A stretch of DNA of 64,000 nucleotides, from positions 17,856,001-17,920,000 of the forward strand of contig OZ024752.1 of assembly GCA_964016885.1 (NCBI GenBank), written 5' to 3'. Source of the stretch: Eledone cirrhosa. Its lineage: Eukaryota. The position numbers and the translations under genes are program-made. Below, piece by piece: positions 1 to 15,289 of the stretch; position 1 is the first letter of the stretch, and each line of letters begins with the position of its first letter. The notes under the pieces were generated by a model. It had not been told where the DNA came from and did not search any database. It saw nothing but the letters and a program-made list of their open reading frames with translations.

Positions 1-689
1 TCCACCATTCTAACTCCTTCATATATGGTCTACAACTCCACCATTCTAACTCCTTCTTATATGGTGTACAACTCCACTATTCTAATTGCTTCTTATATGG
101 TCTACAACTCCACCATTCTAACTCTTTCTTATATGGTCTACAACTCCACCATTCTAACTCCTTCTTATATTGTCTACAACTCCACCATTCTAACTCCTTC
201 GTATATGGTCTACAACTCCACCATTCTAACTCCTTATATGGTCTACAACTCCACCATTCTAACTCCGTCTTATATGGTGTACAACTCCACCATTCTAACT
301 CTTTCTTATATGGTGTACAACTCCACCATTCTAACTCTTTCTTATATGGTCTACAACTCCACCATTCTAACTCATTCTTATATGGTCTACAACTCCACCA
401 TTCTAACTCCTTCTTATATGGTCTACAACTCCACCATTCTAACTCCTTCTTATATGGTGTACAACTCCACCATTCTAACTCCTTCTTATATGGTCTACAA
501 CTCCACCATTCTAACTCCTTCTTATATGGTCTACAACTCCACCATTCTAACTCCTCCTTATATGGTCTACAACTCCACCATTCTAATTCCTTCTTATATG
601 GTCTACAACTCCACCATTCTAACTCCTTCTTATATGGTGTACAACTCCACCATTCTAATTCCTTCTTATATGGTACAACTCCACCATTC

Positions 690-3600
690 TAACTCTTTCT
701 TATATGGTCTACAACTCCACCATTCTAACTCCTTCGTATATGGTCTACAACTCCACCATTCTAACTCCTTATATGGTCTACAACTCCACCATTCTAACTC
801 CTTCTTATATGGTGTACAACTCCACCATTCTAACTCCTTCATATATGGTCTACAACTCCACCATTCTAACTCCTTCTTATATGGTGTACAACTTCACCAT
901 TCTAATTGCTTCTTATATGGTCTACAACTCCACCATTCTAACTCTTTCTTATATGGTCTACAACTTCACCATTCTAACTCCTTCTTATATGGTCTACAAC
1001 TCCACCATTCTAACTCCTTCTTATATAGTGTACAACTCCACCATTCTAACTCCTTCTTATATGGTGTACAACTCCACCATTCTAATTCCTTCTTATATGG
1101 TCTACAACTCCACAATTCTAACTCCTTCTTATATGGTCTACAACTCCACCATTCTAATTCCTTCTTATATGGTCTACAACTCCACCATTCTAATTCCTTC
1201 TTATATGGTGTACAACTCCACCATTCTAACTCTTTCATATATGGTCTACAACTCCACCATTCTAACTCCTTCTTATATGGTGTACAACTCCACCATTCTA
1301 ATTCCTTCTTATATGGTCTACAACTCCACCATTCTAACTCCTTCTTATATGGTCTACAACTCCACCATTCTAACTCCTTCTTATATGGTCTACAACTCCA
1401 CCATTCTAACTCCTTCGTATATGGTCTACAACTCCACCATTCTAACTCCTTATATGGTCTACAACTCCACCATTCTAACTCCGTCTTATATGGTGTACAA
1501 CTCCACCATTCTAATTCCTTCTTATATGGTCTACAACTCCACCATTCTAATTCCTTCTTATATGGTCTACAACTCCACCATTCTAACTCCTTCATATATG
1601 GTCTACAACTCCACCATTCTAACTCCTTCTTATATGGTCTACAACTCCACCATTCTAACTCTTTCTTATATGGTGTACAACTCCACCATTCTAACTCTTT
1701 CTTATATGGTCTACAACTCCACCATTCTAACTCATTCTTATATGGTCTACAACTCCACCATTCTAACTCCTTCTTATATGGTCTACAACTCCACCATTCT
1801 AACTCCTTCTTATATGGTGTACAACTCCACCATTCTAACTCTTTCTTATATGGTCTACAACTCCACCATTCTAACTCATTCTTATATGGTCTACAACTCC
1901 ACCATTCTAACTCCTTCTTATATGGTCTACAACTCCACCATTCTAACTCCTTCTTATATGGTGTACAACTCCACCATTCTAACTCCTTCTTATATGGTCT
2001 ACAACTCCACCATTCTAACTCCTTCTTATATGGTCTACAACTCCACCATTCTAACTCCTTCTTATAAGGTCTACAACTCCACCATTCTAATTCCTTCTTA
2101 TATGGTCTACAACTCCACCATTCTAACTCCTTCTTATATGGTCTACAACTCCACCATTCTAACTCCTTCTTATATGGTCTACAACTCCACCATTCTAACT
2201 CCTTCGTATATGGTCTACAACTCCACCATTCTAACTCCTTATATGGTCTACAACTCCACCATTCTAACTCCGTCTTATATGGTGTACAACTCCACCATTC
2301 TAATTCCTTCTTATATGGTCTAAAACACCACCATTCTAATTCCTTCTTATATGGTCTACAACTCCACCATTCTAACTCCTTCATATATGGTTTACAACTC
2401 CACCATTCTAACTCCTTCTTATATGGTCTACAACTCCACCATTCTAACTCTTCTTATATGGTGTACAACTCCACCATTCTAACTCCTTCTTATATGGTCT
2501 ACAACTCCACCATTCTAAGTCCTTCTTATATGGTCTACAACTCCACCATTCTAACTCCTTCTTATATAGTGTACAACTCCACCGTTCTAACTCCTTCTTA
2601 TATGGTGTACAACTCCACCATTCTAACTCCTTCTTATATGGTCTACAACTCCACAATTCTAACTCCTTCTTATATGGTCTACAACTCCACCATTCTAATT
2701 CCTTCTTATATGGTGTACAACTCCACCATTCTAACTCCTTCATATATGGTCTACAACTCCACCATTCTAACTCCTTCTTATATGGTGTACAACTCCACTA
2801 TTCTAATTGCTTCTTATATGGTCTACAACTCCACCATTCTAACTCTTTCTTATATGGTCTACAACTCCACCATTCTAACTCCTTCTTATATTGTCTACAA
2901 CTCCACCATTCTAACTCCTTCGTATATGGTCTACAACTCCACCATTCTAACTCCTTATATGGTCTACAACTCCACCATTCTAACTCCGTCTTATATGGTG
3001 TACAACTCCACCATTCTAACTCTTTCTTATATGGTGTACAACTCCACCATTCTAACTCTTTCTTATATGGTCTACAACTCCACCATTCTAACTCATTCTT
3101 ATATGGTCTACAACTCCACCATTCTAACTCCTTCTTATATGGTCTACAACTCCACCATTCTAACTCCTTCTTATATGGTGTACAACTCCACCATTCTAAC
3201 TCCTTCTTATATGGTCTACAACTCCACCATTCTAACTCCTTCTTATATGGTCTACAACTCCACCATTCTAACTCCTCCTTATATGGTCTACAACTCCACC
3301 ATTCTAATTCCTTCTTATATGGTCTACAACTCCACCATTCTAACTCCTTCTTATATGGTGTACAACTCCACCATTCTAATTCCTTCTTATATGGTACAAC
3401 TCCACCATTCTAACTCTTTCTTATATGGTCTACAACTCCACCATTCTAACTCCTTCGTATATGGTCTACAACTCCACCATTCTAACTCCTTATATGGTCT
3501 ACAACTCCACCATTCTAACTCCTTCTTATATGGTGTACAACTCCACCATTCTAACTCCTTCATATATGGTCTACAACTCCACCATTCTAACTCCTTCTTA

Positions 3601-6600
3601 TATGGTGTACAACTCCACCATTCTAATTGCTTCTTATATGGTCTACAACTCCACCATTCTAACTCTTTCTTATATGGTCTACAACTCCACCATTCTAACT
3701 CCTTCTTATATGGTCTACAACTCCACCATTCTAACTCCTTCGTATATGGTCTACAACTCCACCATTCTAACTCCTTATATGGTCTACAACTCCACCATTC
3801 TAACTCCGTCTTATATGGTGTACAACTCCACCATTCTAATTCCTTCTTATATGGTCTACAACTCCACCATTCTAACTCCTTCATATATGGTCTACAACTC
3901 CACCATTCTAACTCCTTCTTATATGGTCTACAACTCCACCATTCTAACTCTTTCTTATATGGTGTACAACTCCACCATTCTAACTCTTTCTTATATGGTC
4001 TACAACTCCACCATTCTAACTCATTCTTATATGGTCTACAACTCCACCATTCTAACTCCTTCTTATATGGTCTACAACTCCACCATTCTAACTCCTTCTT
4101 ATATGGTGTACAACTCCACCATTCTAACTCCTTCTTATATGGTCTACAACTCCACCATTCTAAATCCTTCTTATATGGTCTACAACTCCACCATTCTAAC
4201 TCCTTCTTATATGGTCTACAACTCCACCATTCTAATTCCTTCTTATATGGTCTACAACTCCACCATTCTAACTCCTTCTTATATGGTGTACAACTCCACC
4301 ATTCTAATTCCTTCTTATATGGTCTACAACTCCACCATTCTAACTCTTTCTTATATGGTCTACAACTCCACCATTCAAACTCCTTCGTATATGGTCTACA
4401 ACTCCACCATTCTAACACCTTATATGGTCTACAACTCCACCATTCTAACTCCTTCTTATATGGTGTACAACTCCACCATTCTAACTCCTTCATATATGGT
4501 CTACAACTCCACCATTCTAACTCCTTCTTATATGGTGTACAACTCCACCATTCTAATTGCTTCTTATATGGTCTACAACTCCACCATTCTAACTCTTTCT
4601 TATATGGTCTACAACTCCACCATTCTAACTCCTTCTTATATGGTGTACAACTCCACCATTCTAACTCCTTCATATATGGTCTACAACTCCACCATTCTAA
4701 CTCCTTCTTATATGGTGTACAACTCCACCATTCTAATTGCTTCTTATATGGTCTACAACTCCACCATTCTAACTCTTTCTTATATGGTCTACAACTCCAC
4801 CATTCTAACTCCTTCTTATATGGTCTACAACTCCACCATTCTAACTCCTTCTTATATGTTCTACAACTCCACAATTCTAACTCCTTCATATATGGTGTAC
4901 AACTCCACCATTCTAACTCCTTCGTATATGGTCTACAACTCCACCATTCTAACTCCTTATATGGTCTACAACTCCACCATTCTAACTCCGTCTTATATGG
5001 TGTACAACTCCACCATTCTAACTCCTTTTTATATGGTCTACAACTCCACCATTGTAACTCATTCTTATATGGTCTACAACTCCACCATTCTAACTCCTTC
5101 TTATATGGTCTACAACTCCACCATTCTAACTCCTTCTTATATGGTCTACAACTCCACCATTCTAACTCCTTCTTATATAGTGTACAACTCCACCATTCTA
5201 ACTCCTTCTTATATGGTGTACAACTCCACCATTCTAACTCCTTCATATATGGTCTACAACTCCACCATTCTAACTCCTTCTTATATGGTGTACAACTCCA
5301 CCATTCTAATTCCTTCTTATATGGTCTACAACTCCACCATTCTAACTCTTTCTTATATGGTCTACAACTCCACCATTCTAACTCCTTCTTATATGGTCTA
5401 CAACTCCACCATTCTAACTCCTTCGTATATGGTCTACAACTCCACCATTCTAACTCCTTATATGGTCTACAACTCCACCATTCTAACTCCGTCTTATATG
5501 GTGTACAACTCCACCATTCTAACTCCTTCTTATATGGTCTACAACTCCACCATTCTAACTCATTCTTATATGGTCTACAACTCCACCATTCTAACTCCTT
5601 CTTATATGGTCTACAACTCCACCATTCTAACTCCTTCTTATATGGTCTACAACTCCACCATTCTAACTCCTTCTTATATAGTGTACAACTCCACCATTCT
5701 AACTCCTTCTTATATGGTGTACAACTCCACCATTCTAACTCCTTCATATATGGTCTACAACTCCACCATTCTAACTCCTTCTTATATGGTGTACAACTCC
5801 ACCATTCTAATTGCTTCTTATATGGTCTACAACTCCACCATTCTAACTCTTTCTTATATGGTCTACAACTCCACCATTCTAACTCCTTCTTATATGGTCT
5901 ACAACTCCACCATTCTAACTCCTTCGTATATGGTCTACAACTCCACCATTCTAACTCCTTATATGGTCTACAACTCCACCATTCTAACTCCGTCTTATAT
6001 GGTGTACAACTCCACCATTCTAATTCCTTCTTATATGGTCTACAACTCCACCATTCTAACTCCTTCATATATGGTCTACAACTCCACCATTCTAACTCCT
6101 TCTTATATGGTCTACAACTCCACCATTCTAACTCTTTCTTATATGGTGTACAACTCCACCATTCTAACTCTTTCTTATATGGTCTACAACTCCACCATTC
6201 TAACTCATTCTTATATGGTCTACAACTCCACCATTCTAACTCCTTCTTATATGGTCTACAACTCCACCATTCTAACTCCTTCTTATATGGTGTACAACTC
6301 CACCATTCTAACTCCTTCTTATATGGTCTACAACTCCACCATTCTAAATCCTTCTTATATGGTCTACAACTCCACCATTCTAACTCCTTCTTATATGGTC
6401 TACAACTCCACCATTCTAATTCCTTCTTATATGGTCTACAACTCCACCATTCTAACTCCTTCTTATATGGTGTACAACTCCACCATTCTAATTCCTTCTT
6501 ATATGGTCTACAACTCCACCATTCTAACTCTTTCTTATATGGTCTACAACTCCACCATTCAAACTCCTTCGTATATGGTCTACAACTCCACCATTCTAAC

Positions 6601-9600
6601 ACCTTATATGGTCTACAACTCCACCATTCTAACTCCTTCTTATATGGTGTACAACTCCACCATTCTAACTCCTTCATATATGGTCTACAACTCCACCATT
6701 CTAACTCCTTCTTATATGGTGTACAACTCCACCATTCTAATTGCTTCTTATATGGTCTACAACTCCACCATTCTAACTCTTTCTTATATGGTCTACAACT
6801 CCACCATTCTAACTCCTTTTTATATGGTCTACAACTCCACCATTCTAACTCCTTCTTATATGTTCTACAACTCCACAATTCTAACTCCTTCATATATGGT
6901 GTACAACTCCACCATTCTAACTCCTTCGTATATGGTCTACAACTCCACCATTCTAACTCCTTATATGGTCTACAACTCCACCATTCTAACTCCGTCTTAT
7001 ATGGTGTACAACTCCACCATTCTAACTCCTTCTTATATGGTCTACAACTCCACCATTCTAACTCATTCTTATATGGTCTACAACTCCACCATTCTAACTC
7101 CTTCTTATATGGTCTACAACTCCACCATTCTAACTCCTTCTTATATGGTCTACAACTCCACCATTCTAACTCCTTCTTATATAGTGTACAACTCCACCAT
7201 TCTAACTCCTTCTTATATGGTGTACAACTCCACCATTCTAACTCCTTCATATATGGTCTACAACTCCACCATTCTAACTCCTTCTTATATGGTGTACAAC
7301 TCCACCATTCTAATTGCTTCTTATATGGTCTACAACTCCACCATTCTAACTCTTTCTTATATGGTCTACAACTCCACCATTCTAACTCCTTCTTATATGG
7401 TCTACAACTCCACCATTCTAACTCCTTCGTATATGGTCTACAACTCCACCATTCTAACTCCTTATATGGTCTACAACTCCACCATTCTAACTCCGTCTTA
7501 TATGGTGTACAACTCCACCATTCTAATTCCTTCTTATATGGTCTACAACTCCACCATTCTAACTCCTTCATATATGGTCTACAACTCCACCATTCTAACT
7601 CCTTCTTATATGGTCTACAACTCCACCATTCTAACTCTTTCTTATATGGTGTACAACTCCACCATTCTAACTCTTTCTTATATGGTCTACAACTCCACCA
7701 TTCTAACTCATTCTTATATGGTCTACAACTCCACCATTCTAACTCCTTCTTATATGGTCTACAACTCCACCATTCTAACTCCTTCTTATATGGTGTACAA
7801 CTCCACCATTCTAACTCCTTCTTATATGGTCTACAACTCCACCATTCTAAATCCTTCTTATATGGTCTACAACTCCACCATTCTAACTCCTTCTTATATG
7901 GTCTACAACTCCACCATTCTAACTCTTTCTTATATGGTCTACAACTCCACCATTCTAACTCCTTCGTATATGGTCTACAACTCCACCATTCTAACACCTT
8001 ATATGGTCTACAACTCCACCATTCTAACTCCTTCTTATATGGTGTACAACTCCACCATTCTAACTCCTTCATATATGGTCTACAACTCCACCATTCTAAC
8101 TCCTTCTTATATGGTGTACAACTCCACCATTCTAACTCCTTCTTATATGGTCTACAACTCCACCATTCTAACTCCTTCTTATATGGTGTACAACTCCACC
8201 ATTCTAATTCCTTCTTATATGGTTTACAACTCCACCATTCTAATTCCTTCTTATATGGTCTACAACTCCACCATTCTAACTCCTTCATATATGGTCTACA
8301 ACTCCACCATTCTAACTCCTTCTTATATGGTCTACAACTCCACCATTCTAACTCCTTCTTATATGGTCTACAACTCCACCATTCTAATTCCTTCTTATAT
8401 GGTGTACAACTCCACCATTCTAACTCCTTCATATATAGTCTACAACTCCACCATTCTAACTCCTTCTTATATGGTGTACAACTCCACCATTCTAATTGCT
8501 TCTTATATGGTCTACAACTCCACCATTCTAACTCTTTCTTATATGGTCTACAACTCCACCATTCTAACTCCTTCTTATATGGTCTACAACTCCACCATTC
8601 TAACTCCTTCGTATATGGTCTACAACTCCACCATTCTAACTCCTTATATGGTCTACAACTCCACCATTCTAACTCCGTCTTATATGGTGTACAACTCCAC
8701 CATTCTAATTCCTTCTTATATGGTCTAAAACACCACCATTCTAATTCCTTCTTATATGGTCTACAACTCCACCATTCTAACTCCTTCTTATATGGTCTAC
8801 AACTCCACCATTCTAACTCTTCTTATATGGTGTACAACTCCACCATTCTAACTCCTTCTTATATGGTCTACAACTCCACCATTCTAACTCATTCTTATAT
8901 GGTCTACAACTCCACCATTCTAACTCCTTCTTATATGGTCTACAACTCCGCCATTCTAACTCCTTCTTATATGGTCTACAACTCCACCATTCTAACTCCT
9001 TCTTATATAGTGTACAACTCCACCATTCTAACTCCTTCTTATATGGTGTACAACTCCACCATTCTAACTCTTTCTTATATGGTCTACAACTCCACAATTC
9101 TAACTCCTTCTTATATGGTCTACAACTCCACCATTCTAATTCCTTCTTATATGGTGTACAACTCCACCATTCTAACTCCTTCATATATGGTCTACAACTC
9201 CACCATTCTAACTCCTTCTTATATGGTGTACAACTCCACCATTCTAATTGCTTCTTATATGGTCTACAACTCCACCATTCTAACTCTTTCTTATATGGTC
9301 TACAACTCCACCATTCTAACTCCTTCTTATATTGTCTACAACTCCACCATTCTAACTCCTTCGTATATGGTCTACAACTCCACCATTCTAACTCCTTATA
9401 TGGTCTACAACTCCACCATTCTAACTCCGTCTTATATGGTGTACAACTCCACCATTCTAATTCCTTCTTATATGGTCTACAACTCCACCATTCTAACTCC
9501 TTCATATATGGTCTACAACTCCACCATTCTAACTCCTTCTTATATGGTCTACAACTCCACCATTCTAACTCTTTCTTATATGGTGTACAACTCCACCATT

Positions 9601-12600
9601 CTAAATCTTTCTTATATGGTCTACAACTCCACCATTCTAACTCATTCTTATATGGTCTACAACTCCACCATTCTAACTCCTTCTTATATGGTCTACAACT
9701 CCACCATTCTAACTCCTTCTTATATGGTCTACAACTCCACCATTCTAACTCCTTCTTATATGGTCTACAACTCCACCATTCTAACTCCTTCTTATATGGT
9801 CTACAACTCCACCATTCTAACTCCTTCTTATATGGTCTACAACTCCACCATTCTAATTGCTTCTTATATGGTCTACAACTCCACCATTCTAACTCCTTCT
9901 TATATGGTGTACAACTCCACCATTCTAATTCCTTCTTATATGGTCTACAACTCCACCATTCTAACTCTTTCTTATATGGTCTACAACTCCACCATTCTAA
10001 CTCCTTCGTATATGGTCTACAACTCCACCATTCTAACTCCTTATATGGTCTACAACTCCACCATTCTAACTCCTTCTTATATGGTGTACAACTCCACCAT
10101 TCTAACTCCTTCATATATGGTCTACAACTCCACCATTCTAACTCCTTCTTATATGGTGTACAACTTCACCATTCTAATTGCTTCTTATATGGTCTACAAC
10201 TCCACCATTCTAACTCTTTCTTATATGGTCTACAACTCCACCATTCTAACTCCTTCTTATATGGTCTACAACTCCACCATTCTAACTCCTTCTTATATAG
10301 TGTACAACTCCACCATTCTAACTCCTTCTTATATGGTGTACAACTCCACCATTCTAATTCCTTCTTATATGGTCTACAACTCCACAATTCTAACTCCTTC
10401 TTATATGGTCTACAACTCCACCATTCTAATTCCTTCTTATATGGTCTACAACTCCACCATTCTAATTCCTTCTTATATGGTGTACAACTCCACCATTCTA
10501 ACTCTTTCATATATGGTCTACAACTCCACCATTCTAACTCCTTCTTATATGGTGTACAACTCCACCATTCTAATTCCTTCTTATATGGTCTACAACTCCA
10601 CCATTCTAACTCTTTCTTATATGGTCTACAACTCCACCATTCTAACTCCTTCTTATATGGTCTACAACTCCACCATTCTAACTCCTTCGTATATGGTCTA
10701 CAACTCCACCATTCTAACTCCTTATATGGTCTACAACTCCACCATTCTAACTCCGTCTTATATGGTGTACAACTCCACCATTCTAATTCCTTCTTATATG
10801 GTCTACAACTCCACCATTCTAATTCCTTCTTATATGGTCTACAACTCCACCATTCTAACTCCTTCATATATGGTCTACAACTCCACCATTCTAACTCCTT
10901 CTTATATGGTCTACAACTCCACCATTCTAACTCTTTCTTATATGGTGTACAACTCCACCATTCTAACTCTTTCTTATATGGTCTACAACTCCACCATTCT
11001 AACTCATTCTTATATGGTCTACAACTCCACCATTCTAACTCCTTCTTATATGGTCTACAACTCCACCATTCTAACTCCTTCTTATATGGTGTACAACTCC
11101 ACCATTCTAACTCTTTCTTATATGGTCTACAACTCCACCATTCTAACTCATTCTTATATGGTCTACAACTCCACCATTCTAACTCCTTCTTATATGGTCT
11201 ACAACTCCACCATTCTAACTCCTTCTTATATGGTGTACAACTCCACCATTCTAACTCCTTCTTATATGGTCTACAACTCCACCATTCTAACTCCTTCTTA
11301 TATGGTCTACAACTCCACCATTCTAACTCCTTCTTATAAGGTCTACAACTCCACCATTCTAATTCCTTCTTATATGGTCTACAACTCCACCATTCTAACT
11401 CCTTCTTATATGGTCTACAACTCCACCATTCTAACTCCTTCTTATATGGTCTACAACTCCACCATTCTAACTCCTTCGTATATGGTCTACAACTCCACCA
11501 TTCTAACTCCTTATATGGTCTACAACTCCACCATTCTAACTCCGTCTTATATGGTGTACAACTCCACCATTCTAATTCCTTCTGATATGGTCTAAAACAC
11601 CACCATTCTAATTCCTTCTTATATGGTCTACAACTCCACCATTCTAACTCCTTCATATATGGTTTACAACTCCACCATTCTAACTCCTTCTTATATGGTC
11701 TACAACTCCACCATTCTAACTCTTCTTATATGGTGTACAACTCCACCATTCTAACTCCTTCTTATATGGTCTACAACTCCACCATTCTAAGTCCTTCTTA
11801 TATGGTCTACAACTCCACCATTCTAACTCCTTCTTATATAGTGTACAACTCCACCGTTCTAACTCCTTCTTATATGGTGTACAACTCCACCATTCTAACT
11901 CCTTCTTATATGGTCTACAACTCCACAATTCTAACTCCTTCTTATATGGTCTACAACTCCACCATTCTAATTCCTTCTTATATGGTGTACAACTCCACCA
12001 TTCTAACTCCTTCATATATGGTCTACAACTCCACCATTCTAACTCCTTCTTATATGGTGTACAACTCCACCATTCTAATTGCTTCTTATATGGTCTACAA
12101 CTCCACCATTCTAACTCTTTCTTATATGGTCTACAACTCCACCATTCTAACTCCTTCTTATATTGTCTACAACTCCACCATTCTAACTCCTTCGTATATG
12201 GTCTACAACTCCACCATTCTAACTCCTTATATGGTCTACAACTCCACCATTCTAACTCCGTCTTATATGGTGTACAACTCCACCATTCTAACTCTTTCTT
12301 ATATGGTGTACAACTCCACCATTCTAACTCTTTCTTATATGGTCTACAACTCCACCATTCTAACTCATTCTTATATGGTCTACAACTCCACCATTCTAAC
12401 TCCTTCTTATATGGTCTACAACTCCACCATTCTAACTCCTTCTTATATGGTGTACAACTCCACCATTCTAACTCCTTCTTATATGGTCTACAACTCCACC
12501 ATTCTAACTCCTTCTTATATGGTCTACAACTCCACCATTCTAACTCCTCCTTATATGGTCTACAACTCCACCATTCTAATTCCTTCTTATATGGTCTACA

Positions 12601-12970
12601 ACTCCACCATTCTAACTCCTTCTTATATGGTGTACAACTCCACCATTCTAATTCCTTCTTATATGGTACAACTCCACCATTCTAACTCTTTCTTATATGG
12701 TCTACAACTCCACCATTCTAACTCCTTCGTATATGGTCTACAACTCCACCATTCTAACTCCTTATATGGTCTACAACTCCACCATTCTAACTCCTTCTTA
12801 TATGGTGTACAACTCCACCATTCTAACTCCTTCATATATGGTCTACAACTCCACCATTCTAACTCCTTCTTATATGGTGTACAACTCCACCATTCTAATT
12901 GCTTCTTATATGGTCTACAACTCCACCATTCTAACTCTTTCTTATATGGTCTACAACTCCACCATTCTAA
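690..12970. repeat. Dispersed duplication of a ~3-kb block (~690-3700 and ~9960-12970), offset 9272 bp
   Basis: Rare variants are shared at a constant offset: AACTTCACC 891/10163, TATAAGG 2065/11337, TAAAACACC 2321/11593, 35-bp monomer 2444/11716, 34-bp monomer 3387/12659. Confidence 0.85.
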
Positions 12971-15289
12971 CTCCTTCTTATATGGTCTACAACTCCACCA
13001 TTCTAACTCCTTCTTATATAGTGTACAACTCCACCATTCTAACTCCTTCTTATATGGTGTACAACTCCACCATTCTAACTCCTTCTTATATTGTCTACAA
13101 CTCCACAATTCTAACTCCTTCTTATATGGTCTACAGCTCCACCATTCTAATTCCTTCTTATATGGTCTACAACTCCACCATTCTAATTCCTTCTTATATG
13201 GTGTACAACTCCACCATTCTAACTCCTTCATATATGGTCTACAACTCCGCCATTCTAACTCCTTCTTATATGGTCTACAACTCCACCATTCTAACTCTTT
13301 CTTATATGGTGTACAACTCCACCATTCTAACTCTTTCTTATATGGTCTACAACTCCACCATTCTAACTCATTCTTATATAGTCTACAACTCCACCATTCT
13401 AACTCCTTCTTATATGGTCTACAACTCCACCATTCTAACTCCTTCTTATATGGTGTACAACTCCACCATTCTAACTCTTTCTTATATGGTCTACAACTCC
13501 ACCATTCTAACTCATTCTTATATGGTCTACAACTCCACCATTCTAACTCATTCTTATATGGTCTACAACTCCACCATTCTAACTCCTTCTTATATGGTGT
13601 ACAACTCCACCATTCTAACTCCTTCTTATATGGTCTACAACTCCACCATTCTAACTCCTTCTTATATGGTCTACAACTCCACCATTCTAACTCCTTCTTA
13701 TATGGTCTACAACTCCACCATTCTAATTCCTTCTTATATGGTCTACAACTCCACCATTCTAACTCCTTCTTATATGGTCTACAACTCCACCATTCTAACT
13801 CCTTCTTATATAGTGTACAACTCCACCATTCTAACTCCTTCTTATATGGTGTACAACTCCACCATTCTAACTCCTTCTTATATGGTCTACAACTCCACAA
13901 TTCTAACTCCTTCTTATATGGTCTACAACTCTACCATTCTAATTCCTTCTTATATGGTCTACAACTCCACCATTCTAATTCCTTCTTATATGGTGTACAA
14001 CTCCACCATTCTAACTCCTTCATATATGGTCTACAACTCCACCATTCTAACTCCGTCTTATATGGTGTACAACTCCACCATTCTAATTCCTTCTTATATG
14101 GTCTAAAACACCACCATTCTAATTCCTTCTTATATGGTCTACAACTCCACCATTCTAACTCCTTCATATATGGTTTACAACTCCACCATTCTAACTCCTT
14201 CTTATATGGTCTACAACTCCACCATTCTAACTCTTCTTATATGGTGTACAACTCCACCATTCTAACTCCTTCTTATATGGTCTACAACTCCACCATTCTA
14301 AGTCCTTCTTATATGGTCTACAACTCCACCATTCTAACTCCTTCTTATATAGTGTACAACTCCACCGTTCTAACTCCTTCTTATATGGTGTACAACTCCA
14401 CAATTCTAACTCCTTCTTATATGGTCTACAACTCCACAATTCTAACTCCTTCTTATATGGTCTACAACTCCACCATTCTAATTCCTTCTTATATGGTGTA
14501 CAACTCCACCATTCTAACTCCTTCATATATGGTCTACAACTCCACCATTCTAACTCCTTCTTATTTGGTGTACAACTCCACCATTCTAATTGCTTCTTAT
14601 ATGGTCTACAACTCCACCATTCTAACTCTTTCTTATATGGTCTACAACTCCACCATTCTAACTCCTTCTTATATTGTCTACAACTCCACCATTCTAACTC
14701 CTTCGTATATGGTCTACAACTCCACCATTCTAATTCCTTATATGGTCTACAACTCCACCATTCTAACTCCGTCTTATATGGTGTACAACTCCACCATTCT
14801 AACTCTTTCTTATATGGTGTACAACTCCACCATTCTAACTCTTTCTTATATGGTCTACAACTCCACCATTCTAACTCATTCTTATATGGTCTACAACTCC
14901 ACCATTCTAACTCCTTCTTATATGGTCTACAACTCCACCATTCTAACTCCTTCTTATATGGTGTACAACTCCACCATTCTAACTCCTTCTTATATGGTCT
15001 ACAACTCCACCATTCTAACTCCTTCTTATATGGTCTACAACTCCACCATTCTAACTCCTTCTTATATGGTCTACAACTCCACCATTCTAATTCCTTCTTA
15101 TATGGTCTACAACTCCACCATTCTAACTCCTTCTTATATGGTGTACAACTCCACCATTCTAATTCCTTCTTATATGGTACAACTCCACCATTCTAACTCT
15201 TTCTTATATGGTCTACAACTCCACCATTCTAACTCCTTCGTATATGGTCTACAACTCCACCATTCTAACTCCTTATATGGTCTACAACT

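Noticed and set aside
196-212. CENP-B box in the CTTCGTATATGGTCTAC variant
   Set aside because: Only TTCG matches the nTTCGnnnnAnnCGGGn core. The A and the CGGG are absent.
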